Assembly (NCBI GenBank): GCA_965644295.1
Contig: CBFFRP010000218.1
Location: forward strand, 310,001-374,000
Reading direction: 5' to 3'
Source: Paraphysomonas bandaiensis
Lineage: Eukaryota > Protista > Chrysophyceae
DNA length: 64,000 nucleotides
Every line of letters starts with the position of its first letter. The first letter of the stretch is position 1. Below are positions 1 to 11,859 of the stretch, piece by piece. Made by a program: the position numbers and the translations under genes. The notes beneath the pieces are model-generated. The model searched no databases, was not told the DNA's origin, and saw only the letters and a list, made by a program, of their open reading frames with translations.

Positions 1-169
1 TATTACGTTCTTGTAATTATGAGTCGAGTACGAGAAACACTTTCTTACACAAAGCTTTCTTAGACATCATGGCGTGTAGGGAAGTGTGAAATAATCACTT
101 GTCACATCCTAAGTAACTGATCGTTAAAATATAATCTATATCTATTATCAGTTATTGTCATTAATTTAT

Positions 170-230
170 AGATTTATATTCTCTCTACTACCAATCAATA
201 TTTTATCAGATCTCAGATAAACACGATCTG
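170..230. repeat. Diverged repeat shared (inverted) with 55050-55100
   Basis: TCGTGT.TATCTGAGATC..ATATTGATTGGT.G block in both. Confidence 0.55.
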
Positions 231-284
231 AAACGTATTTTTTTTATTAATTCATGTATTATAGTCTATGCTCTATGCCACAAT

Positions 285-381
285 GGTAATGCATGGCATT
301 GATGGCCATTAATAGTAATGCCATTATAATTGCCGGGAACTGGACTACCATTAATGGGCCATTATTGGTTACCAGGCCCTG
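285..381. repeat. hAT-like MITE end (family D), CCATTAAT-rich, ending AGGCCCTG
   Basis: Related to 22640-22729, which shares the GGGAACTGGACTAC core in inverted orientation and the CAGGCCCTG end. Confidence 0.55.
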
Positions 382-630
382 GACTATGCAGAGTGTGTAT
401 AGTCTATAGTTGCTTTTATTCAACGGTAAATGTCTTAAATACAGCTTTAATTGCATAAAAATAGCAAAGCTTCACATTTTGTTGATTAACTAGGATGTAT
501 AGATTTTCAATCTCGACACCTTATAGCATTTCTATGCAAGGTCATTTACTAACTAACTAACTGCGTCAATTTTGCTTGACTCTTAAAAAAATTTTTTTAG
601 TGCAACTTTTAGCCAGATAGATAAAAAAGT

Positions 631-1098
631 CAGACTCGCACTTTTTCGCGGTGTTCTGGGGGATAAGTACCGGAGATATTATATATTCGGGAAATTAACG
701 TGAGCCGCATATATGTAATCAGCAGATAGTGTTTTGCCCACTCATGGCCAGTAAATGTTTGTGCAGTACAAGATACACTACTAGTAAAAGTCATTTTTGT
801 AGACGTCTTTGGGCCTTGACGAATAGACAAGCATCCGGAAATGGGCTTCACCTCAAGAGGATCAGGGGTATTGGGCTACCTGCTGAAAGGTAACCGGGGT
901 ATTGTTGGGCTGCCCGCTGAAGTCAAGCATCGGGGCTAGTAGGTCACCTTAAGGTCAGAAAACAAAAGTGGTTGCACCTTGGTGGGATATCACTAGCGGG
1001 ATATCGTAGCGTTAACTAGCGGGATATCAGAGTTAAGCACTAGTTAGTTAAATTACTTTGCTACATTAGTTCTGACTCTTACACGCCTATTGCTACTA
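631..1098 (-). repeat. Repeat family A copy
   Basis: Reverse complement of 10536-11000 blocks. Confidence 0.8.
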
Positions 1099-1940
1099 AT
1101 CAGACATTCACTACTGATATGACTACAAAAACAAAGAGAAAAATTGAGTCATAAAGACAATAATTGATGATATTTGTTATTGTGGTTTTCGTATTATTAG
1201 TGAGGTCACACATCTAAACTCTAAACACAGCCGTAATTATGAGTATTATGATGTGAAAAGTTATTATATTATAATATTTCAAGGATCGAAATAGTAATAT
1301 CCTTACTCGCTAACATGATTCATTGAAAAGTAGAAGTCCGAACTTTAAGTCTTTTTAACCTATTACTAACCACAAGGCCTCTCAATTCAGCTTCTCAGCT
1401 CTCAGTCAGTTTAGCCTTTGAGTAGCAAGAAGAATCTCAAATATACATCGTCATCACAACCAGCTCTTCTTGGAGAAAGACATTATTTAAGAGAGAAGGG
1501 CGTAGGCACAGTGAGTAGAGGGTTTTGTAGCTGGTCATCATGTGAGCATGTATTGTAAAAAAAGTATAAGAAGAAACGTGGTATTCTCGCTGAAGTGATA
1601 TACCCTTAAAAACTGAAGAATATGCCGGTATACTTCGTAATCGCAAAGCTATTGTTTGTTGAGACCTGTTATTGAGTAGGATAACTACTTGACAATAATA
1701 TGATCTACTAGAAGCTATTACGACTATGATGTTTCATAAAAAACTCAATAACAATCCGCGACATTTATATTGCACTATTAAAATGACGTGAAATGTCAAT
1801 AAAAATATCAGGAGTAGAACTGCAAATGCCATTCATCGCGATGAGTATAGTGGTCATTTCAAGACATTCACATGTTCCAAAATGTGTGCTTCTCGATGTC
1901 TACAATGAATACAAGTCAAACATATTTACACTGCGCCTAA

Positions 1941-4900
1941 TCATGCCTTCAACTTTTTATTGGATGAAATCGTATCCCCAAGACTTGGCGAAACGCTGCG
2001 CTTCGAGGAATCTCGAAAGGACGATTGTAGTTTCATTTCGGTAAAATTACATTCGTTGGCCTCAGAATTACTGCGCATTCGCTTTTGAATTGCCAGTGGA
2101 ATCGCCGTAGCACAAATGTGATTTCTAAGTTTAATGAGATCGTTCTGTATATTCGTCAGCACAGTGACTACGGAGTACTTGGGGCGAGTATGGAGAACAG
2201 TAAGGACAGTCACAATTCGCAGGGCGGCCTTTGGATAGTGATCCGCAATTGAGGCAATAGCATCTACACACTTTGTTCCTACAGACGTTGAGGAAGGAAC
2301 CTGTTTCCACAACGGGGACGACAGGGACTTTTGGACAAAGTTTTCAAAGGTATACGCCAGACTAGACAAAATTTCTGAGACGGAAGCAGAACAGCCTCTC
2401 ATCGACTTCACTCGGAATATAAAGCAGATGTGCTGTAACAAAACTTCCATTGCCTTAGTAGTAGAATACAAAGGTTCAATTTGACTTCCAGAAACACTGT
2501 CCAATACCTTAGTCACAATACGACTAAATATTCGTTCGTTATAGGATACCAGATAAAACGACGGCCAGTACAAAATGCCATAATATAAGACGGCGTCCAA
2601 GAGTAGGTCATTCTCGAAGAACATTGTAGCAATGGAAGAGGAGAGTGCAGACAAAAGGTTCTGAACAGTTGTAGTATGCTGCACCGTACCGCATACATTA
2701 GATGAGGCTGAGTTGCGATAAGTCTCCGACCAAAGTTCTAATAATGCCCTGATTGAAATTAACTCCTGTAGAACTATATATTCTGTGTCGTCGACCTGAG
2801 TGCAAAGTTCGAGATATGATCTACCGGAGGGAATAGCTGCATCTTTAGTGCTCTTGTATCGACTACGCACTACTCGTAACGCCTCATGAGCAGAGGTACG
2901 CGATGCTACAGTCACCGATCGATGAATAAATAACACTATCCGCAGAAATAAAGGGTCTTGTAGCATACTCATTGGTAAGCGTAGCAACAACAGCGGTTCG
3001 CGAACAAGTACACCATACGACACTATGACCCTTGGGCGCTGGACTTCACCGATTTCAAACAAGAGATTGGCCATATCTAGCTCAAAGCGTTGCGGTCGAG
3101 GATGAATGGCATGGGTCAGCCTCCAAAGTCGCCACAATCCATCCCAGGAGACCTTACCAGAGTGTCCTGTAGTGGATTGGGTAGAGTCCCGGGAGTGGCT
3201 CTTACTCAGACTGCATTGGGATGTAGATGTCACGGTGTAATTTTGAAGTATTCCGACAAGAACAGATGACAATTCGGCCTCGCTTAACTGTTGCAATCTC
3301 AGCATTATGTGGATAGCCCGTATTGGAGGGGCCAGAAGAGACACTGCGTCGTTGATTGTTAAGTCAGCAACTTCACAACTTGATGCCTCTGTCGCTACAA
3401 CGTTGCTGCTTGATAATACATATCTTCTACAAAATCGTGCCCAGAGCCTGTATCGGCGTTCCTTTAATAAAACCTCAGGACATATCTGACGAAGTAGCTG
3501 CAAGAATGACGATAGTAAATTAGATGCACAGTCAGAATAACACAATGCACCATTGGCGTCGCATTTGGACGCTTCACAGGACGACGCAACAGAGAGATGA
3601 ATGCACAGAGCGTCTTCCAGAGGCAGTTCTCGAGGATCACATGTCAGAATACAATTATAATTTGTTCTACAGCTCATGCTACTGAGTGACTGGTACTTGA
3701 GTGATATGTAGCACGTAATTGCTGCCAGATATTCCGCATCTGTATGTACTACTCCGCAGGAATATGGAGCACCACTTTTAAACATCTCCTTCAGCTTAGC
3801 CATAGACACTAAAGTAGCGACCTCCGAGTCTGTATCACTGAAGTCCAGTTCAGCAAATACACCATATTCTTTATCCAACAACTCACAAACTTCAGTTGGA
3901 ACTCTCTTTTGATTGGAAGGGTTCTGGTCATATAGGAGGTTTTTCGTAAACTCCAGAACATCAATAGGGAAGATGGGAACGGCTGCCTTTGAGAGAGTAC
4001 TCTTTTGTGTAGTGAGTGTACCACCATCAGCATTTTTATCCACTAGCGGGCGCATGACAGTATTGTCTCTGGTTCCATTAACTGCTTGGTCTATCCATGT
4101 ATCCAGCACCTCTTGCAGCCAACCATGTGGCGGACTCTTCACTCTACGAAGGGCTGTCATCATTATTTCTCGCAGAGAGGTGTCCACTCCACAACCTTTT
4201 ATGTGATCGGGAGTGAGCATGCGACAACGCATGAGGAGTAGGAGTGACGATATCCAATCTCCAGGAAACTCGCACAGAGATGATATCTCTTTCGGAATAG
4301 GCAACTCCAAAAACTGTTGTCAGTGTCAGTTTCATCAATGCAAAATACATCCACTCACATGTCTAAGAAGTACTTCATGATCTTTTTCAATTAAGCTCCC
4401 GGGCGAAGAATCAGATGCATCGCTATCAATTACAGAGCTCGTTAAGACCTGAGATAAGAAGAGATACGAACTGTGAGGAACATATTCCAACAGAGACGCA
4501 ATGCCCAAGTGCTTCGCACATATTTCTCGAAGAGCAGCGATTCTATTCAGTGATGTACAGCAGCGAATAAAGTAACAAAAGCAGTTGTGCTGGTAGACCA
4601 ATAGACTCTCAAAAGGAAGCGGAGTAACAATGTGACACAAAAGCGTATATGTGTGGAGGTAGTCGATCCCTCTCTCAGAAGAAGATGACAGAGCTGCAAA
4701 GCGGCGAGTGCTAGAAATATACGATATAACAAGAGCAATAGCAGAACGACAGAGTGCTGGGAATGCAGAATGATTTGTCATATCTGTACGGTGATTAGGA
4801 AAAGAATCAATAACAGCATCCAAAAATTTATGTAGTAAATTGGCTACTTCTTGTATATAGACAGGAATTCCATGTGCCGAAGGGTCCATGCATATTTCGA

Positions 4901-5951
4901 CAAAGCCGGGAGCGGACAAGAGTGCGCAGCAGACGCGTATCCGCTGAAATAGGCTACTGTACCCCTCCTCTTCTCGGAAGATAGCAGGGACATAATCTGT
5001 TGCCTCTTTCAGGAGCTCACAGATAAAATTAGAAGCGATGGAGGCTTCGAGATTAGAAAATAGCCAATGGTTTTCAAGTTTAACAGTCACAGCCGGAACG
5101 TTTGCTTTGTCGTGACGGGGAAGCAGTCCATTCAAATAGCTGGCAGCATCCCGCAAGTGATACCTAGTGAGGTCTAAACATACACCTGACAGCCGACAAC
5201 GGGCGGTAAGTATACCACGAATCACGGAGCACGTGTTTCGACCGCCGAGCACCGCAGCCTTGGTGAGGATCACGGGATATCTGTACCGCCCTGAATGATC
5301 TAGTACAGCACCCTCCTGGGAACTTCGCCTTTCAAGCATGTCTAGGATCCTCTCTGTAACACAACTAACCAGGAGTGGCGATACTTGGGCAATTCGCATG
5401 ACGTACTGATCTGCAATGGGAGATGAAAGAATAACTCGCAGTAGGGAACAAAAACAGTCCTCAGACTTCGAAGAGAGAAGCATAACAGCAAATATAAGGC
5501 CAATATCATCAATATATTCCTCAGCACAAAGAGTACTATCTTGATGTAAAATTCCACCGCATTTTCGGAGAAATTCCACCTCCCCACACACAAAAGCAAA
5601 CATCTCCTTCGCATTTGCACTTTCATATTCACTAGCACTGTAGTGCCGGGCCTGGTAGTCAGGGGGACAATGTAATACACAATCCCAATATTCCTTTAGC
5701 CGGCGAACCTACACATGAATTAACATGATTCAGACCGAAATGCAGATACTCACAGTGCAGTATGTCCAAGTTAGCGCAGTATTTCTCTTTAGTCGTGCAA
5801 TTATTTCCACTAATGCGATGCGTTTGCTAGAAAGAACATACACGAATACGCATAGATCGTTGAAACCATTATTAACTTTATCAACTAACTTGCTAATAAC
5901 GGAGTTGCTCTCCAGAGTGCAATCAGAGGCTGCATGTCCTTTAGCTGCCAT
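1941..5951 (-). CDS. INTS2: Integrator complex subunit 2-like protein (multi-exon)
   Basis: ORFs 4335..5603 and 1941..4310 join in frame across a 45-nt GTGAGT..ACAG intron (4314-4358). Two more small introns near 5710-5750 and 5830-5875 lead to an ATG at 5951. C-terminal segments WRLWRLTHAIHPR, LVREPLLLLRLPMSMLQDPLFLRIVL..VASRT and IATMFFENDLLLDAVLYYG resemble conserved INTS2 C-terminal blocks (recalled, not searched). Confidence 0.65.
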
Positions 5952-6650
5952 CACATCAAGCAAATATCTACAAGAGGTTTTCAAAAGAGTTAAGGGTAAT
6001 TACCAGACATTAATGGATGGTTCTTATGGGCACTTCACTCCATTAGTTGCCTGTGCTACCGCCAGTGAAGTGGAAGGAATGTGGAGCACTCTAACCTGAC
6101 ATGCACATCTACATGCCTTAGGCCACTAATTATAGTGAGACAAAAGACAAAAAGACAGAAGACATTTTTCTGGAAAAATGTCTTCTGTCTTTGAAAAGCT
6201 GTAGTTATAGGAGGACAAAAGACAGAAATCCGTCGAAAGACAAAATGTCTTTTTGTCTTCGGCCGACAGAAAGACATAAATATGAGCAAATTTATGTCTT
6301 TTGTCTTCAAGGACAGAAATCGAGAGTGGAAGACATTTTTACACAATGGAGCTTCATTAATAGTTATACACCTCATAAACAGCACCAGGCGCAATGATTT
6401 ATAGTCTCAAGGATTGGCAGAAGCTTGCCATTGCTTTGGCAGGCATGGAGACCCATGGTGTCAAGACCACGACGATTACAGAGCTTGGAGAAACATGTCG
6501 GTGAAACTACTTACGACACGCCGCACTCCTGTCAACAATGAAAGCACTGACATCTACATCAATGAAACCGTATCCCTGACCGAGTATATTCCGGCAGGAA
6601 CCATAACTATTATCAGATTGTGAAAGGTGAAGAGTGTGTGTTGATTTAAA

Positions 6651-6714
6651 CATACATATACATACATACATACATACATACATACATACATACATACATA
6701 CATACATACATACA
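6651..6714. repeat. (CATA)n microsatellite
   Basis: Direct reading. Confidence 0.95.
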
Positions 6715-7784
6715 ATAAGGAACTCTTTGGAATCAACTCTGAAACTATTTGGAAGAAATAAACAACACTGGAAATAAAGAAGGAAGTCAGTCATTAATGA
6801 GTTCACTCCAGATTTTGTTATCCTTTTGAATAAGGTATATATATCTTATAAAGTTATTCAATAGTAATATTTGTTGATGCAGGACGAAACAATACCGTCA
6901 GGCGTGCAGATGAGAGAGTTGCTCGTCAAGACGGTGGAGCTCTCCTGGAATCGTAAAGAAGCTGAAAGGATAAGAAGAGAGCTGGCACTAACAGCAACGC
7001 CAACCAATGGTAATTATCTTGGTCCGATTGATTGTCTGTTATCCATGCAAGTTCTGTTTGTTTTATACATATGTTGTTACTATATTATACACGTTAGTTA
7101 TAATGACGTTTGTCAGTGTCAGTTTTAAATTCACAACTTTGTTTATTACAATTGACTAATAATTATCACATGATCTAACTGTAAGATGCATTTAATCTTG
7201 CATGTAATCACAGATATATTGAATGGGATCTAACTACACAAACAACTGAAATGTAGTGTATGTTGTACATATAACATATTGGCAACATATTGTAATAAAC
7301 TAAATATACACATTCAACTTCAATATTGGGTTAACAGAAACTCACTTCTATCTTAAGTATCAATTATGATATTGGCAGTCATATGTATAGATATCGTTAT
7401 ATTACAAAATTATAGAGAAACCACAATGATGAGTCAACTATCAAAAGGAGTTCATCAAACACTCCAAGTCATCATCCGTCTTTCGTCTGATGTGGAAGAT
7501 TATAATGATGTCAGTGCATGCGATCTATCTTCATAACCTGGACTTCGAAACAAGAGCAAGAATATTACAGGAGAGTTTAAGTGCCATATTTGATGCTGTA
7601 TAGGAAGTTAAGGGCAGTAACACCCAGCTCTTTCAACCCAGCTCTTTCAAGGTGTCCGTCACCACGTCGTGCGTATCAGGATTGTGCGCCTCATCTTACT
7701 ATCATTCAAATCAGGTGCACTCGCAGAGGCTGAGCGTGTTTATATAAATGTGATGATGATGCTAATCAAGGCATTAAAAAGCAT

Positions 7785-7980
7785 CGTGCTTGAAACATTT
7801 GATACGTAATTCCAAAACGCGTTCTGAATTTCTTGCCTGATGCAGTGTGACATGGTATATAATACAATACCAAAAGTCATACCTTCACAAGTTGTGGGGT
7901 CTCTTATCCTTGTATTCCTCAGCAGGAGTCCCCATGGTGTGTTATCGTAGCCAATCCGTTCGTAGACATTTCTTCTTGCA
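7785..7980 (-). pseudogene. N-terminal fragment of Harbinger-type transposase
   Basis: Minus strand reads ARRNVYERIGYDNTPWGLLLRNTRIRDPTTCEG|intron|KKFRTRFGITYQMFQ, matching the 'WG..L..P....GK.FR.RF' start of Harbinger/Plant_tran transposases. It is truncated by a repeat-B copy. Confidence 0.6.
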
Positions 7981-8817
7981 AAGATACGATCCTAACTGGA
8001 CGCTGGAGATTGCTTCATGAGCTGTTTGATCAAGGATGTCCTGCACAGACAACTTTCGGGACAATGCACTCACACATGAAATATCATGCTATCAACTTTA
8101 CACAGTCACTTGTGACTTATGTCGATGCTTAATGCATTGCTTCGCAGTATATTCAGTGAGATCTAGCAAGCAGGGAATGAGTAGAATTCAAAATTCTAAA
8201 AAAAATCGCTGTTTTGTCTTTTGTCTTTCTGTGTGCACTATAATTACGGCTTCGTTTGCATCCGACAAAAACAATTTGGATGAAAAAAAATGTCTTTTGT
8301 CGTTTTGTCTTTTGTCTCCACTATAATTAGTGGCCTTAGGCCACTCTTCACTCTCCACACTCACCAGCAGCAGTCAGTGTACTCCACACTCTCCGTATTT
8401 TATACTGTATGTGTATATGAGTGCGGTATGAGGAATACGTATATAATATCCGAAGAATACAGCAATGTGTACAGCAGTTGATGAGGTGGAGTTGGGAGGC
8501 TGCCAGTTGGGCCGCATCTATGAATGATGTGATGCGATATTTTGAAGTTGTCGAGTGGTACATTAACCAGACTATAAGAGACAACCATATCCAAAAGATA
8601 TCGACTATTTCAGTGGAATAGTTGTTAATTTATAGTACGACAGTTCGAGTTCTTTCTTCTCCATGAGAGCCTGTGTTTAAGAGGATAACATACACTGCTT
8701 TTGAATATTTGGAGCCATATATACCACAGGTTTGACTGCTATATATCGTTGTCATAGATTTCACTCATCATCACCTGTATTAATAATATTTTAGACTGTG
8801 TCAATATTGTTTTTGGA

Positions 8818-10123
8818 ATGAGCAGTCCTTTCGCGAGTAATAATTGTGCCTCTTCAGCGTTACAAACAGATAAGAATATTATGAATGGACTGAAGGTACG
8901 TTTGAGCTGTTTCGATAAGTTTGTAATATGTGGTACAGCTTCTTGAAGATCTGGAGACCAGTTCAAATCCCGATGACATCAATACTTACAAAGCGAAGAC
9001 TAGAGTTTTATTTGAGCAATTGCTTTTGAAATTGGAGGAAAATAGTGATCAGATATACTCACTTGAGCACCGCGTAAAGTATCTGGAGCAAGAGTGCGAA
9101 AGCAAGGATATACATATTGAAAAAATTACTGTTGCCATGCAAGAAGCTGTTGACGATTGTCGACAAGAAGCAGAAGATATGGTAGAGGAGATGGTGCGTA
9201 AGGTTTCAGCAGAAGTGAACCAACGAAGGGATGCGGAATTGCTGGTCTGCCGATTGCAAAGCGAGGTCTCTCGATTGAAGGTTATGAAATCACATATTTA
9301 TCTTCTAAACTAATATTTATTACAGGATACTCTTCATCTTCAAAAGCTTCCTGGCATAGAACAGAATCTGGATGATATTATTATTGAAATTCAAGAGCGC
9401 GAGTCCAGGACCTTCGAAGAAGAGTTGGGTAATTTGAAAATGGAGCTACGTATGAAAGATGATGAACTGCAAACTCTTCGCCGACAGAGAGAGGCAGAAA
9501 TGGAAGCAACAATATCTGTTGTTTCGGCTGCTCAGCAGAAGATTAATACCCTGCACCACCAAATGAAGGCATACGCACTGGCGCAGCAGCAACAGCGTGA
9601 GAGGGAATTGGCTCGGGAGCGATCCCCTCTCCTCATGGTGGTAAGTACCGCTGTGAAAACAATAATTTCTGTCCATGTCAAACATGAATGTGCTCATTTC
9701 GTGATGCAGCCACAACAACCAAGGGAAGTGTACCTCAGTGACAGTGAGACTCTCCCAGTCGACTGTGAAGCAGAACCCTTTGAACATGATGCTTCGTCTG
9801 GGCTACATCCTCAGGGAAATGGGCAACGAGAAAAGAAGGCAGTTGTACCTCACAAAAAGAAGCAACGCAATCGTCGTTCCCGCAACAAGAAAAATCAGCA
9901 ACAACAAGCTGCTGCGCCACCGGGCTCAGTAGAGAATCAGCAGCAGTTGTCTCCTGTGTCCTCTCGTACCTCTACCGGGGACCCACGGACAATATCAGCT
10001 CCTACCACTCCTTCCAGCTCAGTATCTACTCCGCAGGTGACATCACCTCCTACGAATGCATCAGGCACTGATCTTCGCCTAAAAAGCAAGACATTCTGGA
10101 GCGGTTTCAGACCGTCTGTGTAG
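8818..10123 (+). CDS. Hypothetical coiled-coil protein with low-complexity basic/Ser-Thr-Pro tail (multi-exon)
   Basis: ATG at 8818 (MSSPFASNN). A GTACGT..ACAG intron (~8896-8938) joins to ORF 8930..9313, and further GT-AG introns join to 9425..10123. Composition is E/K/Q/L-rich with heptad character. Confidence 0.7.
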
Positions 10124-10535
10124 GTCTCGGCCATCCGAACTTCTTGTTCGTCTCTTGGAGGATATACACCAACTTTCACTGTGTGCAGTGGTACTGCTGC
10201 GGATGTCTGATCCATTGTTTTTTCGTGCTACGTTGTGCACTCTTTGTTTGCATGTACATTGACGGAAGCACTGCATGCATGTCAATTGGTGTGGAGGAGT
10301 TTACTATTTTACGGTGATGGATACTGTTGTCGGTGCGTGATGTACAAAGATAATATTCTTACATATGTCATAGTTGCTATGATAGATAGGTTAATTAATT
10401 AATTCCATCTGTTTAGAATTTGGTTATTCTCATGGCTTCAGTGTGTTATATTATCTTGGGGATTTAATTGCGAAAATGCCCCTCATAGCTACGCGTATCG
10501 AATTTCTACTAATAAATTCCGTGTATTGAATGTCT

Positions 10536-11000
10536 TATTATTAGAAATAGGCGTTTAAGAGTTAGTGTTTAACTCTGATATCCAACTACGTAACGCTACG
10601 AAAGCTGCTTGTGCGTCACCGCAAGCACCAAGGTGCAACCGCTTTCGCTCTATTACTCAAAGCAAACGGTGAGCAAGCAGAATGTTGATATACCTGACAA
10701 CTGCTGACTTCAGGATTTTTGTGTCCTTAAGGTGAACATTCCGAATACTTGACTTCAGCAGGTAGCCCAATACCGAGGATGCCCTTGAGGTGGGCCCATT
10801 TCCGGATGCCTGTTTATTTATCAGGACTCAAAGACGACTACACAAGTGACACTTACTTATTAGTGCCCCTTGTACCACACAAGTATTCGGCTATGAGTGG
10901 GCAGAAAATTATCTGCTGACTAACTATATATGCGGCCCACGTTAGTTTTTCGGAGAAATATATCCGGCACTTATCCCCCAGAACAAGGTGCGAGTCCGAC
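10536..11000 (+). repeat. Interspersed repeat family A (~450 bp, unclassified)
   Basis: Shares TTAACTCTGATATCC, CAAGCACCAAGGTGCAACC, CTTGAGGTGGGCCCATT and CTTATCCCCCAGAAC with 631-1098 (-), 38370-38720 (+, two partial copies), 39540-40012 (-), 55280-55390 and 60107-60150. Confidence 0.8.
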
Positions 11001-11245
11001 TGTGTAGAGGGCTGTATTCAGTTAATTCTAGTGCTCAGTGTCATATTCTGTTCGTGCGTACATGCACACCTTATTTTATATATTATATATAATATCTTAT
11101 ACATCCTACTTATACTTTCCGAAACTCTCCCGCCCCTTACTACCTTTTCTACATGGCCTAAACATTATTTCAAGATTAGTTTCATGCTGCATTGTTTTCT
11201 TTTTTGTCGCTCTCAATATACATGACTTTGTTGAATATTAGAAAA

Positions 11246-11418
11246 CAGGGCTGCGTATCAACTAATTGCTAAATTAATAGACGCAGGTAGTAAGCAATAA
11301 TAATTGCAATTATAACTTGCTGTCTCAATTCCAATTATTGCAGATTCTTGACGCCTATTGCTCAAAATAAGACTTTTGTGCAATTAATTTGAACTCAAAT
11401 AATTGATACGTAGCCCTG
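11246..11418. mobile_element. hAT-like MITE (family C)
   Basis: TIRs CAGGGCTGCGTATCAA / TTGATACGTAGCCCTG, with a TAGAAAA direct repeat on both flanks. Related ends at ~18300-18395, ~25215-25298 and ~61120-61530. Confidence 0.75.
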
Positions 11419-11859
11419 TAGAAAATGGCAAAACTGATCATTTAAAAGAATTACCTCTTCACTCAGTTCAGCGTACATCAATTTTTGTATCACAAGGTAA
11501 TTTGTCTATTATTTCCAGCCCCGACTTAGATGCTTTTAGTACGTATTACGTATACATCACATACAAATAAAACGTTAATCTGTTACTCCTAAATATATCG
11601 GCGATCTGCATTCTAACAGTCTAACAGTGACAAGAAAAATCCAGTGTTGGAATTTGATTAAGATTTCATCACAATTGTAAAATAATTATCTGGATTCAGT
11701 TTACACTATTTTATTATACATTCGTAGAGAGTGTGGCATCACCGTTTTTTAACTACCACTCATATTAGATACAGTGCAGTTACTAGATGTTAATATTATT
11801 CGAGTTAGAGGGTCTATATATACCAACAACAAGCTGGAAAAAAACGTCCGACATTTCTG

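Larger units (their letters stand above)
6121..8335. mobile_element. PIF/Harbinger-superfamily DNA transposon, non-autonomous/decayed
   Basis: Perfect 17-bp terminal inverted repeats GGCCACTAATTATAGTG (6121) / CACTATAATTAGTGGCC (ends 8335), flanked by TTA on both sides (6118-6120, 8336-8338). Subterminal GACAAAA repeats at both ends and an internal transposase fragment. Confidence 0.85.

Noticed and set aside
4310-4335. Frameshift or two separate genes at the ORF junction
   Set aside because: Explained by a canonical 45-nt intron
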